Positions 13,578 through 26,600 of a stretch of DNA of 64,000 nucleotides are shown here, in pieces; position 1 is the first letter of the stretch; each line of letters starts with the position of its first letter. Position numbers and translations under genes: made by a program. The stretch comes from Magallana gigas (Eukaryota): the NCBI RefSeq assembly GCF_963853765.1, contig NC_088857.1:36518001-36582000 (forward strand), given 5' to 3'. Under the pieces are notes generated by a model. It was not told the DNA's origin. It saw only the letters and a list, made by a program, of their open reading frames with translations, and made no database searches.

Positions 13578-13600
13578 AGGTAGGCGCGATTTGATATAAA
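13578..13600 (+). promoter_or_regulatory. Putative core promoter of SCP paralog B (AGGTAGGCG motif + TATA box)
   Basis: AGGTAGGCG 13578-13586 and TATAAA 13595-13600, ~65 nt upstream of the ATG. The same arrangement precedes paralog C (17988-18012). Confidence 0.5.
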
Positions 13601-13664
13601 TTCTGGATCGTACCGAATCTGCAACCATTTCCCACACTGCCCTCAACCTACCGGTAATTCTGAC

Positions 13665-14964
13665 ATGAACAGGATCATCCTCCTTCTAGGACTGGCAATT
13701 GCGGCCTTCGCCCAAAATGATTTTCTGGAGGTACGTTCATTGTTGTGTAATTATTCCTCGAAATTTTTTTCTGAGTTAGTATTTAGAAAATAAGCAAAGG
13801 GAAAGTGATCGGATACAAAATATTAATTTTTTGATTATTGATTTTAATAGTTTTAATAAGGAACGTTTTAAGAATGTATAGGTATACTTTTTGTTTGATC
13901 AGATTTTTAAAAATATTTTTGAAATGTTGACCAGTTTTGCTTTTTTAAGGAAATATACTTTTAAAGAAAACTTTTAAAATATCAATTTAGTAACCTTATA
14001 TTCTTGACTGTTCTCGATTACTGTATACAGGTAAATATTCACTCCGTTTTATTTTCGCCCCTTTCGCCTTCGTTGTCAGCAGGCGAATTTAAGACCGAGC
14101 GAATTCAAAATAGCTCTTTGATTACTGTGTGTATTAGAAGGAGTAGTACCGCACAACTGTATCTGGGCGAATTCAAGACGGGATGAATACGTTTTCAAGT
14201 GTATAAGGGCGGGAAAAAAACACTCGGGATGAAAATCACCTTGTATACTGCATCACATCACTGCCATTTACATTGTTTAAACGTTGCAGGCACATAACCA
14301 AATACGGAGACAAGAAAGAGGAGCTGCAAACATGAAGATGATGGTATGTCGCCTTCAAACTATGTGTTCTCTCCATTTTCTTTCTGTGAAACCTTCACAA
14401 AGATATTGTACGGATGTCAATACATTTTTATTAACCTTATTTTATAAATGAGGAAATCAAATGAACTGGATCCAGAAATTTTCATGGGGTGGTTTGGGTG
14501 TTTGAGGTAGAAATGTGTTTTATGCAATGCCTAGTGGAGGTTCAAAGCTCAATTTTCAATAATTTTACTACGGTATGTGAATTTAATGAGTTTCAATTCA
14601 CAAGAGTATGGGGTCCTTACCCCAGAACTCCGCCCCTTCTCTATTCTTACAAAGTTGATTTCTTCGTTTGATTTAATGGATTTTTAGTGAAATTTAAGAC
14701 TTTATTATGAAACAGAGTTGGAGCCCAGAATTGGCCACTGTTGCACAGAGGTGGGCCAATACCTGCCGCGAGGGTCACAACCCACGGAGAAGTAGCAGTA
14801 GTTACCGGAACTTAGGAGAAAACATATACCGCAGAACAGGTGATGAACTCAGTTGTTTTAAAACATTATGCTACAGAGATGGAGATATTTTTTGCAAAGT
14901 AAATTGCACATCTATTTTAAAAAAAAAACATTTAAAATAAACATATTTCTTCCAAAAAATGTTC

Positions 14965-15051
<87 letters not shown>

Positions 15052-16069
15052 ATGGTGTTTCCTTTCTCCTACAGATCGAGCCTCTGCTTTTGATGTAGTA
15101 AAGAACTGGTATTCAGAAAAAAGGCAGTATAATTTCAACTATAACCATTGTTTTGGCGTTTGTGGTCACTACACACAGGTTCTTATAAAAAAAAAAAAAA
15201 CACCAAATCTTTGGTTTTATTTTCTTATCTTGTAAACATTGGTATAAGCTACATGTATGCCAGAAAATACTTCTATTTTTCATATTCTTTTCATATTCTT
15301 TGCATGACTTGAAGCTGAACGTAAACCAAACAATATAAAAAATAATCCATATATGACATCAAGAAACGTGTCAAGGTTATTTATTCCTAGGTTGTGTGGG
15401 CTGACTCCGACGCTCTAGGCTGCGGGGTGGCCTATTGCAGGAACCTCTTTGGGGGCCGAGGAGGTTACAACTACGTCTGTAACTATGGACCGGCGTAAGT
15501 ATTCCTTTGATCAAAAATCATATTTGCATGTATTCAGTTTAAAGTTTTAACACCATATCTGTATTTATTTATATGTAAATCTAAATGTAATATGAGCATC
15601 GGAGGTGTTCTGGAATTTTGGCATTTCTTATGCTCTGTTTACAAACAGAGCAATATCACATTACAGTTTATAATTTTTAATTATTGAAAAACAAACTTAT
15701 CAATTTTGACCCCCCCCCCAAAAAGACCCCGCTAAAATAAAAAAAAAATTGATGTTTCTAACTTTCATCAACTGTATATGTTGCCAACTTATTTGCTATT
15801 GACGTTAAAAAGGCGAGAATGTCGATCAAATGAGTTTCGTAATTTTGTTATCAATATTTCAACAAAAATTAAATAAAATGATAAAATTAATAGTAACAAA
15901 TTATTTTGGTTGTGTATAAAGACGATTTAGCCAAACTCTGACTGTACGTGTACTTTTCAGGGGTAACTGGAATGGTAAAAAGCCGTACATCGCTGGACGC
16001 CAGTGCAGTCGCTGTCCCCGGGGTTATAGGTGTCAGAACGGACTGTGTGCAAAGTCAGCCTGGAAATAA
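13665..16069 (+). CDS. Secreted CRISP/Antigen5/PR-1 (SCP) domain protein, paralog B
   Basis: Exons 13665-13730, 14290-14343, 14716-14839, 15075-15178, 15391-15494, 15961-16069 (TAA). Signal peptide MNRIILLLGLAIAAFA; motifs [30 protein letters not shown]. Confidence 0.95.
14020..14250. mobile_element. MITE in intron 1 of SCP paralog B
   Basis: Imperfect TIRs ACTGTATACAGGT / ACCTTGTATACTG with internal GGCGAATT repeats. Confidence 0.5.
14969..15048. repeat. (CT)n microsatellite upstream of the exon 4 acceptor of paralog B
   Basis: ~80 bp of uninterrupted TC dinucleotides; paralog C has a short CT tract at the equivalent position (~19510-19527). Confidence 0.95.
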
Positions 16070-18073
16070 ATTTATCTTGGCAATAAATTATACAGAAAAA
16101 CACTTTCTATGAATATCTTATGTCACAAAGTTGTATTCACACTATATAATACTTAAGCGTATTAGTGCCACATCGTGAACTTCTTTATTTTAAATTCCAA
16201 CTTTTAATCTTTGGATTTCCAACTTTAATCTTTGAATTTTCAACTTTAATCTTTTGATATGTTATAACTTTTTTCAATTTCAGACAAATGTCTTTAAATA
16301 ATAGATCTTTATCAACGTCATATTGATAAAGACACGATAGAAATATACAAATTGCAAGGTTTTGTTTTGATGTTAATTGTCTCTTCGTGAGCTTCTTTCT
16401 AATACTACATTTGATTAACGACACCCTCTTGTTTTACATATTAGGATAGCGTTTATTTGAGTCAAAATTATTTCGATATTTGGTATTCAATACTTTAAAC
16501 ATGTATTGCATTTTTATTTTTTTTAATGAAAACTTCTAGTTTTGACATATACTATAATTTAATGCACATTTTGCTTGTGATATAATACATACTGTAATAT
16601 TAGCAAGAAAACAATAAATTTAAAACAAAAAATGTTGGAAATTTCAGGATTAAAGTTTGAAACTCTAATTTCATAGTTGGCTGTTCCAGCTATAAAGTTG
16701 GAATTTCCAACTTTAAAGTTGATTTTTTAAACAAGAAAATGCTTAAAGTTAAAAACTCCAACTTGAAAGTATACTTTACAACGTGATACGCTTCCATAAT
16801 ATAAAGCATTTATATGTAAATCATACCTTTTGTGCTGTCTTATAAACCGTCCGTCCGAGTTCTAAAATTCTTCGCGTGCAGAATGGACTACAAAATATCT
16901 TCGTTTATCTGAGCACATCATTAACAACAACAACAGCGTTTGTTAGAAGGTACATGAATTTCATCTGTGAAGGTTTACTGGGAGAGTGGAGGGGAACATT
17001 AGTAAATACTGTTTAGTATATTGTTAAATGTTCGATTCATGGTTTAGTTTCACAATTTGTTTAGCAAATTTGTTTTGCCTTGTTGAATTTATTCTGCTGT
17101 ATTTTTGTAAATCTTACACTATAGATATGCTTCACTTTTATTTCAAAAGACGTAAGGTTTATCACAACATTGAGCACTGTGTACATTCCCACCGATATCA
17201 TATGCCGAGATGGACGAGCGGTAAACACACTGACCACTCACTACTATAGGATGATTAAGTTTTCTATTTGTATACTTCATATGTATTTAACTGTCAAGTT
17301 AACTAGAAAAGTTTAACATTTAAAATGCAAGGTGCTGGTCAGCTTTAATAAACAAAAATAAGTACAATTTTAAGTATTAATTAAACATGTCTGTAACGCA
17401 TTTAAATGTGCCGCTGCTAAGAGCGACAACTCGTCTTAGATACCAACGTTACATCAGACGGTCCATCAAGGGCGATGAGCACCACACTGGACTCTTTAAT
17501 ATCTACAGTTAAAAAATAACATCAATCTATCAATTTACGCAACACTTTGGTGGACTGGCAATCATTTTTTTAAGGAAATACGAGTTAAAAGTGAATGCCA
17601 TTTTTCGTATTACATGTAGTGATTCATCCAGAGTTAAGATTCTTGAAAATTGTGTTTACAACAGCGTTTTGCAGTCTAAAAATGTTAAATATAATTGTTA
17701 AAAATATAAATTTTATACATAATATCAACCAACTTATGGTAACTTCACAGTAATTTCGTCTGACCTCATCCAGAAACAAACCTAATTTCAATAATTTTAT
17801 GCGTACAACACCTATATTGATGCCGGATGACATAATTTGTCTGCAAGTGTTGTAACGATAGTCATACTAAACTCTGTAGAAGAAGAGGGTATATTTAGAT
17901 CATATGATGAATTAAAACGGATGTGAAATAAATCAACAACTGTTGCAGTAATGGAATTTTTTAAGTGAATCATGTAAGAAGAAGAGCAGGTAGGCGGGCA
18001 TTTATATATATAGTAGACCTGACCGAACCTACAGCCATTTCCAACGCTGATCATATCTCCATTTGGCACCAAC

Positions 18074-21010
18074 ATGAATAGGTTCTTTCTCCTTCTAGGG
18101 CTGGCCATTATGGCCTTCGCCCAAAATGATTTTCTTGAGGTACGTTTATTTTAATTATTGTGATTTTATTATCATTTTTATTTTTCTGCAACAATGACTT
18201 TTATAGCCCTATGTGTATTTCCTCAAAGAGTTGCATCAGTTGCGATACATTTCATACACAATTACGAATATTTGATACCTTACACAAGTATATACATGTA
18301 AAAATTGAGGCTTTTGGATTTTTGTTTTGAAAAGATGTCCGAATTGATTTGTCTGACTTCGTTTTGAAAGGATGGGATATTCATTTTTTAACAAAGATAA
18401 ATTTGAATTGTCTTTCGTCTGAAATCATGTTCAACATACATGTAGCCTCCTCCGCTGTTTCATTTTATTCTACTGTGTTATAAATAATGTTGTAGGCACA
18501 CAACAAATATCGGCGAAGAATTAAGGGGGCCGCCAACATGAAGCTGATGGTATGTTGTTCAAATCCAACGTTTTATATCTTGGTCAATTATTGTCTGCTG
18601 TTCACTCTTCATCCCCACTTTTGTAACCAATTTGTCACCAATTTCAGAAATAGAAGAACAGAAAACCCCATGAGATTTAATAATACAAAGTTATTTTTAT
18701 GTTTGCTTTCCAGAATTGTCGTATAAATTGTATAGATTTGTATAAAAGGTATATAAAGCAAATTGGAGTTTCAAACCTTCTTCCCTTACCAGTGTGTAAT
18801 AGAAAAATTATATAAGATGAATATGAATTTGCACACATAAACGCCTAAGGGGCATGGTCACGATTTTGGTCAAAATTTATTTGTCCGTTTTTAATGTTTA
18901 CAATGTTTCAATGAAGACAATCTCAGGTCATGTTTTTGTTTGCATTTTGAACTTTCAAAATTAAGACAAAAAAAAATTGTAAGAAATGCTAGAACATGTA
19001 TATTTATGTTCAAAACTAAAAGACACGTAAAAAAAAATTAGCGTGTAAATTATTGAACCAATGAAAACAAAACCATGGAACAAACCTGGTTTATAAAGGA
19101 AAGAATTTTTTGAGCTCTGTTTGTTGCTTATAACTCTACAACTAACACTCAAATGTTAATCATTAGAAACGCCTTACTAAAACGTTGTAAACAATAAAAA
19201 AAAAAAAAAGAAATTGCTTTCGAAGATTGGAACCCGGGAGAAGTTTTGTTCTCGGGATTTTTATTTTTTTTTTTACATTTATTATGATATTTTGTTAGTG
19301 TGAACTTTTTAGTGTCTGTAATACAGAAATGGAGCTCAGAACTGGCCAATGTTGCACAGAAATGGGCCAATACTTGCCGTAAGGGCCACAACCCAGGCAG
19401 AAGCAGCAGGGAATTCGGTAGCGTTGGAGAAAACATATACCGCAGAACAGGTATATAACGCATTTAAACGCATATTGTGTGTGTGCTTGTGTGTGTCTCA
19501 AATATGCTTTCTCTCTTTCTCTCTCTCATTGTGCTTCCCTTTCCGTTCAGATCAAGCCCATGCTAATGATGTAGTAAATGCCTGGTATACAGAGAAAAGA
19601 CAATATGATTTTGGGAGCAACTCTTGTTCTGGCGTTTGTGGTCATTATACACAGGTAAATGCGACTTTTGATTAATGGGAATTCTGTTAACTCCTTGTCT
19701 AAACAACCACACATAAATAACTTACTTTCATTATTTATCTAACTGGGTTACAACTTTATTACAGCGACAGGATGTAGATAAATAAAATTATGATAATTTG
19801 AATACTTCTTACCAAAAAAATAATTAACAAATTCATTGCTTTAAAAAGTTCTATATATTATTTTTGCGCAATATCCTTGTACATGCCCGGATCTAGAGAG
19901 GGGATCAGGAGGGTCCATACCCCCCTCCCCCCCACTGCAAAATCAAAATTTTTGTAAATTACATTATAAATTACCCCCCCCCCCAAAAAAAAAATGCCTC
20001 ATACCCCCCCCCCCCCCCTCCCGACCCCCCGGTAAACTCAAATAACTGTCGGACACCCCCCTGAAAAAATTTCTAGACCCGCGCATGTTGTACATGGAAT
20101 ATTGTGGAATTGACGAAGGCAGTTGAGTATATTGTATGCTTACAAGGGCGTGATTTAGGTTGTGTGGGCTGACTCTGAAGCTGTAGGCTGCGGGGTGGCG
20201 TATTGCAGGAACCTCTTTGGGGGCCGAGGAGGGTACAACTATGTCTGTAACTATGGGCCGGCGTAAGTATTGCTTGCAGCTGACCACACGGGTTGACTTT
20301 GGCGTGTTATGAATTGTTTGAAACATGTTCGAGAGGATGTCTATTTTTACTTTTACTGTACCTGTATTAGTTTACATCTATACGTGTCCATATTAATTGG
20401 GTCAAGTGATAACTTTCTTTGAATAGTAAGATTTTGTTAACATTTCTGTAAAGTTTCCGTTTATGCATGTACAATGTATACACATGTAGCTACAAATACC
20501 TAATTCAATTTCAAAAATTCCAAAAAAAAAAAATGCGATTCCAATGTTGATACTTGTAGTTGTTTTCTTCTCTATAGTTTTCGATGAGTAATTATATTGT
20601 AATTTATAAAGAGTACATAAACACATTTAAAATCACACAAACCTTAACTGTCTACTGAAAAACACGTAGTAATTCGTATTTTTGTAAAATATCGCTTTGC
20701 AAATAGAAACATTTGTATCAAAATCAGTACACCCTTTCAAAGGTTTTATAGAAAGATTTATTGTTTAGACATTTTTAAACATTCTGTAAATTCTAGAGTA
20801 ATCTCCTTTACAAAAATTTAGATTATTGATAATCAAAATTTGTACATGTCATGTACCAATTTTGATTATCAATAATCTAAATTTCAACACCCCCATTGTT
20901 GATATTTCAGAGGTAATTGGGTAGGACGGAGGCCATACATCGCCGGACGCCAGTGTAGTCGCTGTCCCAGCGGATATAGGCGGTGTTATAGCGGATTATG
21001 TTCCAGATAA
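18074..21010 (+). CDS. Secreted CRISP/Antigen5/PR-1 (SCP) domain protein, paralog C
   Basis: Exons 18074-18139, 18496-18549, 19327-19450, 19551-19654, 20159-20262, 20911-21010 (TAA). Exon lengths 1-5 are identical to paralog B; motifs [30 protein letters not shown]. Confidence 0.95.
18843..19200. mobile_element. Degenerate MITE (TTAA/Kolobok-like end), same family as 6970-7400
   Basis: Begins (C)TAAGGGGCATGGTCACGATTTTGGTCAAAATTT and carries the TTGAGCTCTG...ACTAACACTCAAAT arm shared with 6970-7400. Right boundary uncertain. Confidence 0.5.
19882..20087. mobile_element. MITE with G/C-run interior
   Basis: Inverted ends CATGCCCGGATCTAGA / TCTAGACCCGCGCATG; a related degenerate copy lies at ~22660-22830. 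Confidence 0.6.
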
Positions 21011-23619
21011 ACCCCCACACACCCCCATCAACTACCTACTACACCCCCCCCCCCTCCATAAAAAAACTCGGTTTCTTACTGTATAACAAAATTTCTTCTA
21101 CATGTGTATCTTAAAGACCTTTGTAATCTAGTTCAGTGAATTCTTAACATTATATTTAACCAATATTTAACCAAAATAAAAATAAAATGTTTCAGTTGTG
21201 TATTTGTGTTTTCTCTAGTGAAGATTCTGGGTTTTTAAAAATCTTTTTCCTGCCGAAAAATGGCATGCATTGTTCATTTAAAATTTACAAGATAATTAAA
21301 TTTTAGAAAAACTTTTTTTCTCAAAATATTTTCCCCTTTAAAACAAATTTGATAGAGTCGAAGAAATTGGCAAACTATACATCAAAGCCACAGACACTTG
21401 TTCCTCTAATACACATTTGCCTCAATAGTAATTAGTTCAATATGTACATGTATACCCTTGTATTATTTTTCTGCTACGATTTGATTTGAAAAACTATTTT
21501 CTGTGATCAAAACAATACAAGAGTATTTGAAATTATATAAATTATATTAAAAGTGCCAGAGATTTGTTTTCCAGCAGAGTGAATGAAATATTTACCAAGA
21601 AAATTACAAGTTGTAACTGAAAAGCCGTCTAAAAATTTTGAGAATAAAGGATCTCACATGATTTGTGATTGTCGTGCGATTTTAGAGTTATCTTTCTTAC
21701 TACAAGATTTCGCCTACTCCTGTGAAAAAAAAGGGAAGTATTTTTTCTTTAATACCAGAGGAGCTACAAACTTGATAGGCATCGATCTTTACTATTCTAA
21801 ATGAGAGTATTGTGAAATTTGTATCTTTTGATTGCAGTTTGAAAAATATTGTAAAATAGTGAGAAATTTTTGTTGTTGTAAATTATGTATAATTATTACT
21901 AATAGACTTTTGAGAAAAAAATTTAAAATTGTGAAAAAAAAATTTCCTTTTGAGAAAAAAAACGGCGACAAGCATTAGAATAAAGTTCACCATCAAAAAG
22001 TAGCATCTCATAGTTGACAAAGTATTCAAAATGAAAAGGATTTCCTTACGAAGTGTTTGTAATAGACCCTTTCAGGGCAACAGTGGTACTGCTCTCTTGC
22101 AGGGGAAATTGATAATTTGTTTTTTCTTAATTTGATCCAGGGGTAAATACAAGTAGGTAGATAATTGATTGACTTAGATAAAAAACAAAACAAGTGACAT
22201 TACATCATATTTCACCAAACTATCTCAATTTGCCTTCAAAATAACAGTACCGCAGTTACTATGAAGGAGTATATATATATAGTACATATTCCTTCTAGTT
22301 AATTTTTTTATTCACCTGAAATCACATAGCAACAAACAGTATTATTTTGTGAAATATTTTATTTCATAACAGTCTGAGTTCAGTATAGAGAACTACGCCC
22401 TTGTCAACAGTTTCAGTAACACAGACACGCACAGTCCAATAATACAAGAACACCACGGTTTAAATACAACAACAATTGATAATCGAGTCTGTATCTGAAA
22501 ACACAGACAATCTCTAATAACAGTTCTTACAACAATGAAGGTGAACTACAAGTTTTCAGCCATTATTATGCCAACAAAACTTACAGATATTACAAAAAAT
22601 ACACCTGCCAGCAGACTAATTGGAAATTGACCAAGAATAGTCATGCACAAATGCGAAAAAGCATGTGCAAATCTAGAGAGCCATCTCCCAAAACCTGGAA
22701 AATTTTAAGTTTTTAAATCCACATAAATTTTTAATTGAAAATTGGCCCAAGATCCCCATGGCAAGCACAATTATCACTTGAACCCCCCCCCCTTCCCTCC
22801 CTTTAAATTTTTTCTGGATCTACTCATACAAAGATACTTCTGAAACTTGGAAGTTTATGCCTTATGCATGTTTACATAAATACAAATGTACATGGTAAAA
22901 TAATATGTGTTAAAATACTAGGTTATAAGGTTATACAAAATTACCCAAGAATGACATGTGTATAGTAAGCACCATAACTTGGAATATTAGAGGAAGAGGA
23001 TAGGGATAAAAAGAAAATCTATTTAAAAAGTTACATTAAAATAAAAATTTGCATTGTATAGAACCTGAATATTCCAAAGTATCTTTTCACAAAACATGTG
23101 GAAGACAACTCAAAAATGTTTTCAAGAGACAAACCTGCATTCCTGAAGGTGTATAAACAAGATAAAAAGAAATAAGATACATGTATAATAGGAATAAATA
23201 GGTTAAGACAACAAACCAAATGATGGCATTCTTGCTTTACAAAGATACACATGAACATAATGAAACACACAATTTGGCACTTGTGCTTGATTTTTACAAC
23301 TCATAGCTACAATAGCAACCCAATACTTTTCTCAAAATCCATTGGCATATACATCATAGAACAAAATCTAATCTAAGCTCTATGGGAATGGCTGCTTTTC
23401 ATGGACAAAACTTTGATCACTTTGACAGACATTTGCACTATTGATAATTAAGCACTCAACAACTTGATAATTCCAATGAACTCTTACATATGAAAAGCAA
23501 AATCATCAAAGTTGCTGTGAAGGTTCTAAAACTACATAACTACATGCAAGGAATATACACATGATAAAGATATGTCAATAAGTAGTTCATTCAGAAAGGA
23601 CCTAAATAAACTCCATTTG

Positions 23620-26600
23620 TTATCTTTCTTGGATCTCTTGCTTGGAGAGTGCATCATCCCTTTGATCACTGCTCTGAAATTCTGGGATAGCCAGTACTTC
23701 CTGTATCCTGTCCTCTACCTCATTCTCAATGTCTGGCTTGGACTCCAGATAAGAGTGCCAGTCAGAATGGGGTAACCTCGTTTTAGGGGTCAAATCTGTG
23801 GGACTAGGGAGTTTGATGTCTACATCGTCTATATCAAAGATTTCCTGCACACTGTAGCAATCTTTATTGCGTTCATCCTTGTAATAATACGCCATGACTG
23901 ATTCCATCTCGTTGGAAATATGCAGGCATTGTTCAAAAGTGTCAAACAACTGATTTGAGGCTTGTTCACCTGTCGCATTTAGATGGATGTTTTTACCCAT
24001 TCCTTCTGCATGCATTTCAACATGGCTTATATCCATATGGTTTAAGTGCCTCCCACAATGCCCAATGGACAACCTGCGGTCGTTGGATTCTGTTTCAAAG
24101 TCAACAGCGAATCCAATGTTGAGGTTTCTGACCGATGGGTTGATTGGCTCCGGTTGATAAGGGCTCATCATCAGGGAGTTGGGTAGCAGTGGTTGATTAC
24201 CGTAGTTTATCTCTGTGATAGCCAGCTGACAGGTAAAGCTGAAGGGGTAAAAAAAGTTAATTCTATGTTAAAAACATGTTAAATCAATCTCTTTTAAAGT
24301 TTTTCTACATGTAAGTTTTATGTTGTGTATGCTACAAAAATGTCAAAGAGTGATTGTTGATATTTTTTTAATGAAGAAAATTCATTTTTTAAAAGGTGCA
24401 AGAGATATGAAAAAGACATTTCTTTGGTGATTTGTTAAACTGATATTGAAATAAATATATAATGATGGCAATATGAGAATTTCCTTACCGAGCTGTGTAT
24501 TTCCTTTTGTTATGTTGGAACAGGTGAATAAGATGGCGCAGCATATTGATGGTTTCTTGAGACATTTGTTGGACGTCTCTGGGTAATGATGGCAAGTATT
24601 CCAAAACTCTGTCAGAAAAACGAATAGCTAGGTCAATACTTAGGTCAATCAAAATCCTGAATAAGATGAAAACTACCACTCTCCAAATTCTTCAAAATTA
24701 TTTCCAGAAAACACACAAGTGTAATCTGACATTAAGATATGCTTGTTTTGTTTAGCATTGCACATTTACCGGTAATTTCATCATAAAATAATGGTACAAA
24801 ATATAAACCATAAAATGAACACCTCAGCATGAATTGAACAGCTGGCAAAATTTCTATCCAACAAATACTTCACAAGCACTCTACTGACAATTATCTCCCT
24901 TTAAATGGAGGGAGGAGGATAAAGTGTTTTACCTCAGTCCATAGTTGTAGATGATGTCAGCAGGAAGGAACCACGGAGCCACCATGATGGACGCCACACG
25001 CAGTGCACGGTGCCGGTGAATGTACGACTGAAAACCTTTGTTCATTGAATCACATGCCTTTTGGAAAGCTAAAACAGTATTTTAACATATCAATTTTAAT
25101 TGCTCTCCATTAGTGTCATATCTTTAAACAAGCATTTACAGAAATATATCACACAGCTTGTCTATCATACAAAAAGATTACATTGGAAATATCAGTACCC
25201 TGTTCATATGTTACCGTAAAGTTTGAAATGATGGAGAACCCTGAATATAAATTAACTACAAGAATGGTGTATCAGTCGTTTTAATGACTGGCTCAGCCCC
25301 TCACCTTCAGCCACTGTTGGGGGGAGTGTATCTGTAAGGGCCCCCTGGACCTTCTGTTTACACTCCTGACAGTTTTCCCCGTGGGGATCCTCTTCCTCCT
25401 CTTCAGTGATTGGCTCCTCCTCCCCCTCCCAGGATTCCCTGTCCATGGCGCTGAGTTGACACGAGCTGTGGACAGGACGTATAGAAGACTTGACACTCAG
25501 GTGGCGAGTGCAGGAGATCAGGTCTGTGTAACAATGCAAAAACATCATTAATTCGATTCATAACCTTTAAAGCAATTTTTCAAAAACAGAAAATACAGTG
25601 TAGAATTATCATTACTTGAGATAACTAAATATATTCATGATTTTGGGGATAACATTAACCATAATTTGATGTCTTCAACAAATTTTAAACTGTTTAATAG
25701 CAGGTTCATTTTTAATACTAGGACAAAACCAATAAAATTGTGCCCCAAATGAACCAATGATTTTAAAAATACCCACAATTATAAAGTCTACAAGAAATAA
25801 AATGATTTTTCAATAGAGCTTATCAGAATGACCATCAATATAATTGTTTTGAAATCAAAATTCTTTCTCAACTTGAAATTTATTTCCAACTAGGAGAAGT
25901 GAGAGGCAAAAGATATCAGATTATCCATCTTTATATCATCTTGGAACATTCAAAAGAGTCTAAAAAGATGGCAAACAGATTAAAATATCTCTGATCATAT
26001 TCTTCCTTACTGTTTTTCTGCAGGAACTTGAGGCAGTCATCGAACCCCTCAGTGCACATGTCACTGAGGATGGAAGGGTGGGGAGGAAACAGGGCCCTGG
26101 AGATTCGGTAGAGATTCCTACTGGTCAGCTGCATGCTAGTGTTGGCCAGTATGATGTGCTCAAAGTTGGCCGAGTTGTCCGATGGACAAATGTCGCTCTC
26201 CCCGGCAAACGGAGACACCGTGATGGTTTGATCATTGAGGATCGGCAGATTGTCACTCAGGCCTCCATCAATGTATCTCTACAATATGGAACAATATAGT
26301 TTGGGTTATTCATAAACTTAAAATTTTATGAAAACCAAAATTGAAATGAAATCTAGATTTACCAAGTACTTCAATCAATACTTTCTTACACTATGATGAA
26401 AAACAATATTTTTAAGTTGGGGGGGCTTGGAAGTCTAATAATAGAAGCCAAAGCTTGCGAAATACATGTTAATTACATGTGATTAAAGTCAGCCATAAAT
26501 GGACTTTGCATCAAACTGCGCTGAGACTGACCTAATTTAAATCTATCAGCTACTGTAAAATGTCATTTCACCGATTTCAGATCGACACAGGGTTAAGTTC

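Noticed and set aside
14868-15138. ORFs with LSLSLS / RERERE runs
   Set aside because: They are translations of the intronic (CT)n microsatellite.
3616-21010. Functional link between 'CAP' (cyclase-associated protein) and the adjacent 'CAP superfamily' genes
   Set aside because: They share an acronym only; the families are unrelated.
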